Assembly (NCBI GenBank): GCA_965649765.1 | Contig: OZ287751.1 | Location: 8,866,001 to 8,930,000, forward strand | Origin: Bispira polyomma | Lineage: Eukaryota | Length of the DNA: 64,000 nt | Direction: 5' to 3' | Shown here: positions 41,011-53,687 of the stretch, one piece after another | Layout: each line of letters opens with the position of its first letter | Position numbering within the stretch: position 1 is the stretch's first letter | Notes under the pieces: model-generated | Databases searched by the model: none | The model's input: the letters and a program-made list of their open reading frames with translations, nothing else | Told to the model about the DNA's origin: nothing | Program-made: the position numbers and the translations under genes

Positions 41011-44000
41011 TGATCAGGCTGATGGTTTGAAGCTATGGCTTAAAATGGCCTTTATAATCCCAGCAGAATACCCCTCATCTAATCAACTCTGGTACCCTGT
41101 GTGATTAGTATAAATGACCTCCTTTATTAGTTCAGACATAGAGTGGACCACTGATTAACCAGTCTCCATGCTGAACTAACTGTTTCTGTAAGGAGATGGA
41201 TTTGCATCTCTTAGTAATAATTGCAAAGGGGGTGGGAGTGAGGGCTTTATGGAAAGCTAGTAAGTCTTAATGGGGTATGATTCCTTGGCTATCATTAATA
41301 TGAATTTAATTAATGAGTATGCATACCAGAATTGGAACAATTTTAGGTTAGACTTTTCCCTTTAAGTCCACATTTTATCAGAAAGGTTTTATTACATTGT
41401 CATGCCTGATTTTGTAAGTACAATGTCATTTGAAAGAAACTCTTACTTTGATAAGAAAGCGGTGGTGCCACAACTCACAGTATGTTATTCAATTATTATA
41501 GATGCAGTCCAAACCTTCAGGTTTCCCAGTTTGATAGAAGGAGGATGCAGATGTCTCATAAGTACTTCATCAGTTAATTTTGTGCAATTAGCAATGGTCC
41601 ATTAATTAACACGACTGACACATTCAGTAGAAAGTTAGCACTGGACTTGATGAAGCCTTGTGGTTTGCAGGTCAAAAAAAGCCTTGACCAACTAGCCTGT
41701 ACTGCATACCTGCGTATGGTGATTCGTCTGCAGAAAGTCACAAAATACTACCAATTTCCCACGGTAGGGCACAAACGTGTTACTAAACAGCCAAGGCATC
41801 TGAAATTTGCTGATTGTCTACAAGAGGTTTAAACATTTCAGAACTAATATAGCACAATGCTGGACAGGGTCAAACCTTTCAAGGATGTCCATATGTGCAG
41901 CCAAGGTTTCAATAACGACATTTCATGGCTCACCATGAATATCGGTTTGCACTCTATCACAGTACTCATTCTTGTTATATGTGTGCTTGCCATAGGGTTT
42001 AAGTTGAGTTGACTTTAGGTTTAAACCGCTCTCAACACATTCGTATCATATCAAGAATGGCACTTTATTTTAAAGGATAAAGTACGTAGTACAGAGTAGT
42101 TAGTCAAGAATTCCTGTACTGAAAACCACCAGCCTTTAATATTCTCTAGTTCCATGTTTCCCACATATATGCTGGGACCGAAATGAGTCACTGCTGCTTT
42201 CCTGCAAATGATGGACTCTAATTTACATTTTACAAAAAAAGATTCCTGAAAATGCATTAGCTATTAGCCATGGCTAATAAGACTACAAACATTTAAAAAA
42301 AATGACCACATGTTAATGATACACTGCTGGAACCACATTGAACTATGAATTTAACAAGTTCATGGTATATATGTCTCCAATACAATATTTCCCTTAAGAT
42401 CCACATGCAAAAATATGATAAATTAGTTTCCCTCCACAGTCTACCTAATAAAAATTTTCTGGGGCCAAAATTTCAGATATATATCCAACTTGTTTATGAG
42501 AAAGAAAACAAAATATATTAACTCTCTTTATACTAAAAAATATCACTGCTTTTAGTCAATTGTTTAAGACCACAGTTAGATGATGGATAGCAGATTTCCA
42601 TTATGTAATGGATTTTTGAAGGGAAGTGGCTTTTTTTTCAAATTTAAACATTATATCCCCAAGCGAAAACATGGGATATTAAAAAAAGGAGGTTGACATG
42701 AGGGGGAAAAAGACCCACTTCAAAAGATATTTCATAACAATTTATGAACAAAAAATAAAATCTCAAGAGACTTTTCCTAGTTAGATCTAGTCAATTTTCC
42801 ACGAAAAACAAGTTCCCACATCCCTAGTTGAAAATTTCAGTTATTTCCAAAGAAGTTTTTTTTTAAAATTGATTTGATCTCAGTAGGAGAGAAAAAGAAC
42901 ACACGAAAGATAATCCTTTGATTTGCTTAGACGGGGGTAAAGATGGTAATGATCGATACCCCCCCCCTCCCCCCTCCCCCCCCACTTCTTCTAATGTTGG
43001 AACTACACCACTCCAGAAAACTGTGACATTCATTATTTCATCTAGAATTCACTAGACCGGGTGTGGCCATGTTGGATTTTGGTGCATTAATACATTATTA
43101 ATAGTGAATCATAAGCCTAATACTAAACCCTCATACTGTGATAGTACATGTGGGGATCCAACCTTAAAATCAATAAAATAGAATGTGCTAGGTTAATCCA
43201 TCTTTTACCATGTCAGCGCTCCAGGCTAGTGAAATCTGGAATTTAATCGCCAAAAAAGTCAATCTCAATTCTATAGTTATTTCCGTATATATATTATGTG
43301 AACCTTCTATTACGCAAGCAACTTCATGCTCTCCCAACATGTTTGGATGATAGAGGTTCTACTGTATCTATGCAGTGCCTTCAAATAGTAGTTGGCTACA
43401 AATGTATACACAGTAAATATCAAACGATTAGTTTTGGATATTTGAAATTCTTGCGTAAAAATGAAGGCATTCGTACAAGAAATTGTTAAAACAACAAACT
43501 ATCTTCACAGTAATCATCCAAATGTACACATCCGCACCTACCCAAACATATATACAAAACAAAAAGTAGGGACCATGTGTTATTAACTGATTTATTTTAA
43601 ATAAAGCATTTACCTTTTACTGTTCTTACATATTGAACTTATTATATTTGGGGGAAACAGAAAATTAATTCTATTATTGTTCCTTTTTTGTGAGGGTTTG
43701 TTTTTGCCTGCAAAATGAGACCAACATGAATCTGATGCTGGAGGAGCCCATCATCTTTGTTCAATAGTGTACAAACATAAGCTGTCGTCAATAACTCTGA
43801 GGGTTTTTCGGGGGGATAGCAAAATAGGGTTTGAAACATGCAGTCATTGGGGTAGAAAACGTCCCTGCCCACTCTACACATTTACTTTCACCTGTAAATT
43901 AAATGTATTAAGGTCATCTTAAATATTGTTTGTACAAAAAGGTCACTGCCGAATATGTTGACTTACCAATTGTGAAGGCTTAATGAATGCCAATAACATG

Positions 44001-45368
44001 TTCCCTATCATTCCTATAGTTTCTTTCTTGATAGATTTACACAATGGACTCAATTTGTGAGTTATAATTTTCACATACTAAGGTGCTTATAGTCTTTGTT
44101 CAACAGTGGACAAAAATTGGCTGTCATCAATATCTCAGTGATTTTTTTGGGACAGCAAAAAACCTAAAGGGAAGGTTGGCTTTTAGGAACATGCAATCAT
44201 TTGGGTAGAATATCTTCACCTAAATTGTAGACAACACATAGACTCTCAGGAGGGTCTGAATACTCCCCAGATTGTTTGTGTGTTGGTGTGGGTGGATTGA
44301 ACAATTTTAAGTTATAGTTGAATATTGGAACAAGTCATCATGAGTTTATAAAATAGTGGGTTTTAAAAAGGTATCTTTTTTATGTAAGGTAAATATTTTG
44401 CTAAAAAAAAAAATAATCTTTTTTTATTCTTATACTTAATGCTCCTCACGTGAATTATGATTGCAAAAGAAAGGCCTGACTATTGATCAATATGCCCAAT
44501 GTGTCTTTAGTTTTTCTCAGTTGAGTAAGAGCCCATTAACAAGAAGGCTACCATTGTTTAACTGGTCATTTAAACCACTATGTACATCTGACTGTACCTG
44601 GTGACCCCCAGACTGGGATCAAACCCAGGTCCTCTGTATCCTGAAAAAAAGAGTGTGTTATCTACTTGGCCAAAGTAGCAGATGGCTTACGATTGCAGAT
44701 AACAGATGGTTTACTAATGTGTATCTGTGTATTGAACTGCACTGTACCAAACTGACACGCACTGACAGTTATTAATTTATTGACAGAAAGGGGGACATTG
44801 TCGTTGAAAGTTGATGCCAATAGGAGACAAGCATTGTCACTGAACATTTATGACAATAAAACTAAATTAAATAAAATTTCTTTCACAAACACAACATATT
44901 TCACTACTTCATTCAGATTTAATAAATTTTCTTTTAAAAAAAGACAACAAGTTTACTTTGAAGTTTGTTAGTGCTGTATTGCAGTATTGGGCCAGGTAGT
45001 CAGCATGCTAGACGGCCATTATCAGCATAGACAGGCCTCATATACTCTAGTATAGCTCTGTATTAACCTTTTTTGCAATTTAATTTCCTTTGGTTCCAAG
45101 GAAGGTAATTCATTGAGACACAGGGCCAAGGATTGTATTGGGTACCCCCCCCCCTACCCCCAACTCTCTCTTTGACAGGGCAGATTGTCTGCAGATATAT
45201 GCAGCCATCGTAATACTGCCTAAATTGGCGTCAATATATATTTTTAGGGGGACTTCTTGCAAATAATGTTACAAAGAGCATCCTTACAGATTTTTTTAGC
45301 AGTTTCATGGTCTTTCAAGTACCTGCTTAAAGATGGTTTAATTAACTTGTACAACTATCAATTGTAAT

Positions 45369-45522
45369 CATAGGCGGATCCGGGGGCGATGTCATAGTGT
45401 CAGGACCTCCCACTTTCTTTTAAAATCATATTTTGAAGCTGCAGCAAATATAAGCCATAAATTTTACCGTTTATATTCACAATATATTCTGGGAGTGCAA
45501 CAGAATCCTGAATCTACTTATG
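45369..45522. mobile_element. Degenerate MITE
   Basis: Imperfect TIRs cataggcggatccggg / cctgaatctacttatg; no clean TSD. Confidence 0.45.
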
Positions 45523-45752
45523 ATAATCAAGTAAATGTCAAATGTGATAACACAGCACAAATTACAAAGAGGTAAAATTAAGAGCCTTTACAGTGCAGAT
45601 CTGTTTTTGTCAATCACTGTGTGTTAATTAGCTTCAGGGATATCAGCCAACAATGGCTACTTCCCAATAAAAATGGTTTTCCAAGTTCATCATTTTACTT
45701 CTGTAAGCTTTGATTTTTTTTTTTGTAAAAGTTATGTTCTATTTTAGCTTAG

Positions 45753-45880
45753 NNNNNNNNNNNNNNNNNNNNNNNNNNNNNNNNNNNNNNNNNNNNNNNN
45801 NNNNNNNNNNNNNNNNNNNNNNNNNNNNNNNNNNNNNNNNNNNNNNNNNNNNNNNNNNNNNNNNNNNNNNNNNNNNNNNN
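45753..45880. other. Assembly gap (128 N)
   Basis: Run of n. Confidence 1.
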
Positions 45881-48800
45881 CATTGAAACAGCAACAAAAA
45901 TGATATTTGTGTAATTGCCCTGGTAAAGTCGGTGCTTTGTTGAATTGGAAGATTCATCTGGGTTGCTCTGAGGGATTAGGCCGTCACTGAACAAAATGTA
46001 CTATAGCTCAGCTTGATAAATATGTGTAGTTATTTTACATTTAAATGTAATTCTAATGTATAGCTACAATGAAATTAGATCTGTGCAACTCCTATCAAAC
46101 TATTAGATTTTTTTACAAAATAGTTCATTGTTTGACATATATATGTGGGATCCTCAATTATTTATGACCTAATACGTGTAGCATGTACATTATTTACAAA
46201 GTGATTCTAATATAAAAGAGACTCAGCAGAGGTTTTATTGAGTGATCAAAATAATAAACTTGCTGGTAAAACAGTCACATAAAACAACAAATAAAAGTCC
46301 TGAAGATTGACCTCTATCCTTATTAAAAAGATAAAGATTAACATATTCAAATGGTAAAGTAATATCATCATATAAACCTGATTGGATATTAATTATGATG
46401 TATGATTAAACTTTAGCCCCGAAAAATATAATTTCGGTAACTTATCAGTGCAATATTTTGAACACCAGAAAACCCCCCGCATATTTGGCCTTTAGATGTC
46501 ACCCATGACGTCATAAGGTGTCAGTGAGAACTCGACAGCTGATGTAGATGTAGGAAGTGTGTTTGTAATAAAACACAAGTCTGGCAAGATGGCCTTATTA
46601 GGGTGTAAAGCCTGGACAAATATTGGTTAAGAAAGCACTAAAGTTTGTCAACACCCAACACAGACTGAATTGTGGGGAGGAGTGTTGGTGGGGGTAAGGG
46701 TTGGCTCTGCAGGAAAGTAAATCATCTTCAATGTCAGGAGGAGATGAATAGAAAACAAATACTGATAGTGCAAAAAACACAACAACAAAAAAAAAAACAA
46801 CAACACTGGGTTATTTTAGTCCAAGAGTTGGTGCTATATATAGTAACATAGCTTGCCTTTTGTGTAAAGTAACTTAGAGATTGCTTCTCACCAGAGAAAA
46901 ATCCATGTAACAAGGAAAAAACCCCATGTAACAAGGTTTAAAACCCATGTACCAAGAGGTAGTAATATCTAAGGATATCTTCCAATGCTGAACGGATCTA
47001 AGCAAGAGATTGATGTCCATACTGGCATTCGTTTGAACCAGACATTAATAAAGCAATGTGCTGGAACTATTTTGTTTTGATAATATTGTATATTGTGGTT
47101 TTTTAACATGTCTTAATAATGCGCACAAACAATCAGAATTGAGAACCCAATAATGACTGTCATCATACATAAGCTAGTAGGCAAACACATGCTGGTTTAG
47201 ATCTTGACCAAAGGAACTTATCCCCTAATGATCATCCAGGTGGCATTAGGAGTGCCAACCATAGACCTCTGATGATCACCAGACCCAAACTCTATAGCTG
47301 AGAATCAAACCAGGGACCTTCTGATGACTAGAACAACGCCTTAACCACTGGGCCACAGGAGACACCACAGTCTATCCATAAAATTATAAAGTTATCAATT
47401 ATATTTAGTTTTTTCAACATCTCTTTTCTAACACGTCTGTATAACATGTTACACATACCTAACTTATTCACTACAATTAAGACCAAATACCCCTTTATAT
47501 TCTGTAGGTTGTTGATCCTCCAAACAAATCCCATACCAAACTCATGCTTTGGTTATTTTACTACTCTGGCCAGATTGAATGGATAGTTTAATTCCTAGAT
47601 AGGATCCCAGCTTTTCCCTACTGACTCCCACGCTCTACAACTAAACCATTTGATCATTACTTTTACACCTGACTTCACAGATACATTAGAATGCATCTTC
47701 CAATAAATTGAGGCTTTACTTTAAAATCCCACACCAATGCTCCCCAAATCTCCATGCTGTCATTTGTTTTTTTGTCCAAGCTACAAGTTTGGTCACGTGA
47801 CTTTTATACTTGAGTAGGTTAGGGTTTTATCAGCTGGAAAATATAATAGATAAAACCATCAATAAAATTGGCTGGTAGAAAAAATACCCTGCCTGAACAG
47901 AAACAGTCCCATCTGAATTGATCACTATGTTTATTCACTATTTTATATCTAACTACAGCCATTTGTGGTTGGGTACTTAATTGCTCAAAGAACAAACTGT
48001 AGGTTATCTCAATTCTTAAAGAATTAAAAATAACGAATAAAATATAGAATACTTACACATATTATATTGAATAATGTGTGTGTATAGACGAAAACAGTGT
48101 TTCTGCACACAGATGGATGAAGCTAATGGTTTGTTATTTCAACCTTATTTATCAGCAGAATATGATTTTCTGAAGAAGAAAAAAAAACACCTGCTGATGC
48201 ATTCAAACTAAATAGCAATCAAAAGACCCTGTAGTGCATATCAAAGGTGTATCCGCTGTTCCTGGTGTTAGAATGGTGTATATACATTAGTTTTGTAGAC
48301 AGGTGCTATAAGTATAAAAGGAAGTCCTGCTTCCTTTAGTTTAAGACACCCCACCCACCCACCCCATTGTGGAGTCAGTCTGGAGATAAATCAGTCACAC
48401 ACATACACACACACCTATAAAGATTTATGCCACTGCCAACGCCCACCCACACAATGTACCCATTGTATAATATCCCCTTGTCACACCCACATCATGTAGA
48501 CATTGTTAAATATCTACTTTTCTCACAGTCATGCAGTCTACAATGGTCACCACTGCCCATTGTGTTCTGTCATGAACCTTTGGAAATGTAGCCTGATGTT
48601 CAAAACCTATTTTGGAGAACTTGGCGGGACCATTGGCAATAATTGTAGTGTTCGCTAATGTAGCTGTATAACTAGTTTCACTATAGGTGTGCTGATTATG
48701 ATATTGCCCTTTACATGTGTCTTCCAATACATGGCCAATATAGACAAATTGCAGTCATTTACAACTGTATAATAACAAAAACTGTCCCCACTAAAACTAC

Positions 48801-51639
48801 TATGTGGAGACACGCATCCTTCATTCATAGCCTAATCAAATCACCCACCCATCCCATACATATACACGTAGGCACACACCTATAAATATTCAGACTTACC
48901 ACAAAGGGATTACACCATGGAACCATAGACCCAAGCATACAACCATCCACATATACCCGTCAACCATACACATACTCATATACATACTGATATAAACCCT
49001 AACCGAGAACAAGTCAATCAGCAACTCACCCATTCATAGATATTTAGTCACACACACATTCATTCATTCATACATAAAGGCAAGCATATCATCTGGAGAT
49101 TACTCCATGTTGCAGAGATACAGCAAAACAGCCATCAACACCCAGTCATACACCATAACAAATAGCCACACATCCAGCATACACAACCTAAGCCAGCCAC
49201 CTATTCACCCATACACAGCCATTAAGTTACACACATAAACTCATATACACACATACCACTTTCTCATGCAAGTTAGTGATTTCAGCAGATGAGTGAAGAG
49301 AGAACCTTCCAAATTGGGAAGCAGTTCAGGCCTCTGCTTCAATTATCACTGATTTATTTTAATGGAATTTCCTCTGGAGGAGACAGAAACATGGCAGACT
49401 GAGAGTCTGGGACTATTGGGAAGAAAATGCATGTCCTCTCTCCTTCCTAACTGCACGTTCTGTGGTTCTCATAAAATCTATACCTTAAATTTTCGCTTGA
49501 AGTCAAAGTTAGATGCTCCACAAAAGGCCTTCTGATTGCCAGTTAGGTTGAATGAACTACATGGGAAGAAGGTTTTTTCAGAAAATTTAATTCAGCTAAT
49601 AGTAAGATTAAAGTAGAAAAACCTAAAGCTTTATCCATGTGTAAAAATATGAGAAGATCAAAAAAGCAACCCTAAGCTATGTTGGATGGAATCTATCACA
49701 CCAAAAAAGACACTTTTTTGACATTGCAAAGTGTTTCCTGTAGTGAAGCAAGTGTATGACAAAAAAGTTATTGGATGTCGGTGAATAACTAGTAGAGAAT
49801 CCTCAAGTTTAGGTTACTTTTCAGTTTGCATATTGTTGTGGTTACTTTTCTGGAGATTCAGGAAATATGTGGCTGCCACGGGAATAGAGATTATTGAAAC
49901 AAATCATTTGTGGATATCATTTATTAACTTGGATCTACCAACAAGACTAGTGCACAGCAAAGCCTTGTGATGTCTGATATCCTAAAGGAGATAACACGCA
50001 AAAGAGAAGCTTGAACTCAAATTTGGCATAGCCAATCAACTCCAGAAACCCTCAGTAATTGCAACTCTGGCGATAAAAAAGGGAATGTGCCCTAAAGCTA
50101 AAATCACCTTGTATTGGAAACTGCAATAGCATTTTGAAATAGAATCCAGAAAAAAAGGAACAAAATGTATTTGAAAGCATTTAAAGTAAGTTTATCAGAA
50201 TATGGCTTACACAGCCTCTGCGAGAAAAATCTATGACAATGGGATGTGTGATTACACTAGGGAAACATTCCGTATGCAAAAATTACCCACAGAGCATTTG
50301 TGAAGTGATGGCCCCTCTTGATCAATTTTATGACAAAGGGCCACTGATTACCGGCAAAAGATCCCTCAGAGATCGACCATAACCCAATTACAATGTAAAG
50401 CAGAATTTTGGAAGCTCTGTGCTAAAAATATGGATTTATGTTGTTCAAGGGACTCGGATGCTGAACTTTTAACAGGAGAAAATGTGGGGTTTCTCCTTTT
50501 TATCTTACACAATTTGTATGTCAGGTTTATTATAAACAGTTTGAATATCTAAAAATGTATTGATATTTAATGCTAGAAACAGAACAAAGTCAGATGGTTC
50601 ATGTATAAACTGCTATTCCAATTGCAAATATCAGCCATCTCACCATATTTGCATCTCTGGCTTTGACATAAATACATGTATATATATATAGTATAATCTT
50701 TGAAGAAGCTTAACACTACTACTAGAACAACCAAAACATAGAATGTTCCATGTTGCTATTATACACATTGCCATCCCAATTGCAAATATTAGTAATTCAT
50801 GCAATCTGTTTTAGATATGTCTGTATCCGGGTTGATGTCGAATCCTTTTAAAAGGATTAAAGTCCCAAATCCAATTTTGTTTATTAAGCCATATGTTGTT
50901 GAACATCCCAGGTATAATTCATTTGTACATTTGCCAAACAATATGAACACAATGTGAGTGACACACAAAAGCCTAAGTAAACACACTGGTCAGTGTCCCA
51001 ATATGTTGCAGGAAGCTTTAGCTGAAGCAAAGAAAACTGCACTTGCTAGACTAAACAGAGTTATACAATGTCTAGTGTGGGATAGTTTGGATTATGGTAG
51101 TCTTTTAAACCCACAGATCAAAGAAAGCAACTAGCTATTTCTTACCTCTTTTGTATGTTCTATTATCTTCATAAAAGTCTCAAAAACCAATCCAGTGTTA
51201 TAACTATAACTAGAAAATAATTTGTTCAAAATACATGTGATAGAACATAATCAGTAGTGTAAAATTGACTAAATTATGCATAAATTCGATTTAAAAAAAT
51301 ACTTCAAATCCAAATATTTTCAGGATTTGACCCCACACTGATTTGTAACCCTACAATGTACACAATGTGACCTATATGTGTACATTATAAGCCTGGGTTT
51401 GCCATACTGTGACTGTTCCAAACCATTTGCTGTATAAAGTATACATCTACAGAAACTCAAATACAGATGATATAATCGATATTTCGTTTAGGCTTATATT
51501 TTATTTGTATATGCTGACCAGACATGTGCCCTCCAAATGCTGAATTGGAATATTTCTCCCTCCTGTACTACTGTTCAAATCTGTGTGTCATGCAGAACCC
51601 CTTTTTTATATTTGAACATTATCTGTAAGTTTAGTTTGG

Positions 51640-51713
51640 TTTTCACCTGAACAGCGACTATACAAACCCTCATCTGCTGGGCCTACACCATGTATTATAA
51701 CATTCCAGTGAAG
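51640..51713 (+). pseudogene. Degenerate duplicate of the innexin exon 2 acceptor and first ~55 nt (pseudo-exon fragment)
   Basis: ttttcacctgaacAG|cgactatacaaaccctcatctgctgggcc...tataacattccagtga aligns to the real tttttcctgaacAG|agactatacaaacctgatctgctgggtc...tataacatcccggtga, 153 bp downstream. Confidence 0.88.
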
Positions 51714-51807
51714 CATTCATTTGTACCAGTTTTAGGGTATCATCCAGAAACTCTATTCTATCTAAACATTAAACTGTCATTTTCTTTCTGTTTTTTTTCC
51801 TGAACAG

Positions 51808-52007
51808 AGACTATACAAACCTGATCTGCTGGGTCAGCCCCACGTATAACATCCCGGTGACTGAGCCGGTGCCTCGACCTGACCTCAACCAGAGCAATGG
51901 CAAACACATGGTGGCCTACTACCGCTGGATGCCCATCATGCTGCTTGTCCAAGCCTGCTTCTCCTACATGCCTTGTGTGGTCTGGAGGTTCTTGAACAAA
52001 CGCTCAG
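51808..52007 (+). CDS. inx: Innexin coding exon 2: rest of EL1 and TM2 (not in the ORF track)
   Basis: Acceptor ttttttttcctgaacAG|A. Reads (I)DYTNLICWVSPTYNIPVTEPVPRPDLNQSNGKHMVAYYRWMPIMLLVQACFSYMPCVVWRFLNKRS(G), with YTNxxCW and the YY(Q/R)WxP..L..QA..F..P...W signature. Donor G|GTAGGT at 52008. Length 200 nt; phases 2/1 fit exons 1 and 3. Confidence 0.95.
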
Positions 52008-52821
52008 GTAGGTACTATTTACACTGAAGATGAAGAGGTTTCTAGAGAACCATCATCTGCGGGAGTTTTTCCCACAGGTTTTAAACTCGAAGCCATAATT
52101 TCCTTTATGTATTGTGAGCTTATGGTGAGTTCAAACCTCACCTCACATGCTTAAACTCAAGTACCACATATAAATACATGCCCTTATTACTATAAATGAC
52201 CATTAATGAATGTTTCTTGTACAATCAAACCTGCTCGAGAGACCACCTTTATGTAAAGACCACATTTGTATTTCCCAAGCATAATGTTTAAATCATATTG
52301 AATCTCTTTATAAATACTACCAGTTAATAAAGACCATTTTTGGAGGGTTCCCTTGGGTGGTCTTCACACACAAGGTGTATTGTATTTACAGTTTGAATAG
52401 ACATGTTACTCTGTCTCTGTTATGGTTAAATTGAATAACATGCACAACTAATATGTTACATAAAAGTAATGCAAAAAAAGAAATACTTGCAAATTTCCTT
52501 TGTTTTCCTACTTAATAACTTGTAGTATCACAAATAAACGAATCAAGAGCTTTTTACATGCCTCATCATTATAGTAAAATCACGAAATAATTGCAATAAT
52601 TTATGACATAGTATTACCAATAGATTTAAATGCAGCCACCTGTATTACCAATTTAACATATACCCGAAAGTCAGTACTCAAACTTTAAGTGATACTTGTA
52701 ACTCAGAGACGTTTACCCTATTTCCTATGTATAGATGTCAACGATATCATGACAAGTTGACCCTATTTTCCCCAGGTATAAATGTCAGAAATATCATGAG
52801 AATTTGACCTTATTTTTCCAG
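52008..52821 (+). other. Innexin intron 2 (814 bp, GT-AG)
   Basis: GTAGGT ... tatttttcCAG, phase 1, restores the conserved SG-INI junction. Confidence 0.92.
52222..52382. mobile_element. Tc1/mariner-type MITE in innexin intron 2
   Basis: TA|caatcaaacctg...gaccacc ... ggtggtc...caaggtgtattg|TA, with internal aagacca repeats. Confidence 0.6.
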
Positions 52822-52846
52822 GTATAAATATCACCGATATCATGGA
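52711..52846 (+). repeat. ~46-bp tandem triplication spanning the innexin exon 3 acceptor
   Basis: Three units: gtttaccctatttcctAT|gtatagatgtcaacgatatcatg; gttgaccctattttcccCAG|gtataaatgtcagaaatatcatg; tttgaccttatttttcCAG|gtataaatatcaccgatatcatg. Confidence 0.9.
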
Positions 52847-53687
52847 AGCGACCAGGGCCGGACCAAAAGAAAGCACTGTGATGGTGCGAGAGCCGGGTTT
52901 ACAGTTTATGGCCACCAGAGTGCAGAAGTACTTACTGGCTCAGAGGAGCAACAGGAAGGGCACCTGCGCAAGCGCCATGCACACCATCTCTATGTACTGC
53001 TGTATGATTGGCGGTCGCCAGTACGGGAACTACCTGACCACATGCTTTGTGTTTACAAAAATCCTTTACATCAGCAACGCTCTGGGCCAGCTGTTTATGC
53101 TCGACAGGTTCCTGGGGATTGACTACCACTTCTACGGCATCCACATGGCCATGAAGTTCTTCAAGGGTGAGGAGAACTGGACGGCCACTGACAGGTTTCC
53201 CCGAGTCACCCTCTGTGAGTTTGAGATCAGGCAAATCGGGGAACGTATACACAAGCACGTGGTCCAGTGCGTGCTGGCGATTAACATGTTTAACGAAAAG
53301 ATATTCCTTTTCATCTGGTTCTGGTTTGTGTACATCGCCATTGCAACGCTGATGACAACATTCAAATGGGTGGGCACCTGCATGTATTGGCCGGTTCAGA
53401 CCAGATTTGTCTGGTCTCAGCTGAAAGCCGCCGACAGCGACCTACAGAAGGATTGCATCAAGCTGGATACCTTCACCAAGGAATACCTACGCAGGGACGG
53501 ACTGTTTCTCATCAGGCTGATGAACATGAACCTTGGCGAGAGCATTTCCAGCGAGGTGCTGTACAAGTTATGGATTGGATATAAACCAGACAAGACGTCA
53601 AACTTGTTGGAGAGATCAAACTATAATGCTAACTTGAGAAGACGGTATGACAAGCAAACTTCAACAAAGAAATTTGATGTTGTTTGA
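52822..53687 (+). CDS. inx: Innexin coding exon 3: cytoplasmic loop, TM3, EL2, TM4, C-terminal tail to stop
   Basis: Acceptor tatttttccAG|GT, then GINITDIMEAT in frame with ORF 52842-53687. Contains GNYL..Y/F...K.LY..N...QLF, FPRVTLCEF, QCVLAINMFNEKIFLFIWFW and F...YLRRDGLFLIRL. Spliced CDS = 194+200+866 = 1260 nt = 419 aa plus stop. Confidence 0.97.

Larger units (their letters stand above)
16489..51807 (+). other. Innexin intron 1 (35,319 bp, GT-AG)
   Basis: Phase-compatible GTAAGT donor and CAG acceptor join contiguous innexin EL1 sequence (SH-I-DYTN). No other innexin-like exon was seen in between. Confidence 0.88.

Noticed and set aside
45739-45994. ORFs containing runs of X
   Set aside because: Artefacts of the assembly gap.
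16489-51600. Alternative innexin first exons or nested genes in the 35-kb intron
   Set aside because: No second DDxxDRL/KQxxG-type exon or other recognisable coding exon was seen. Small exons, or sequence hidden in the N gap, cannot be excluded.
52932-53584. Overlapping alternative-frame and antisense ORFs within innexin exon 3, and 51758-51952 (-)
   Set aside because: Shadow ORFs of GC-richer coding sequence.
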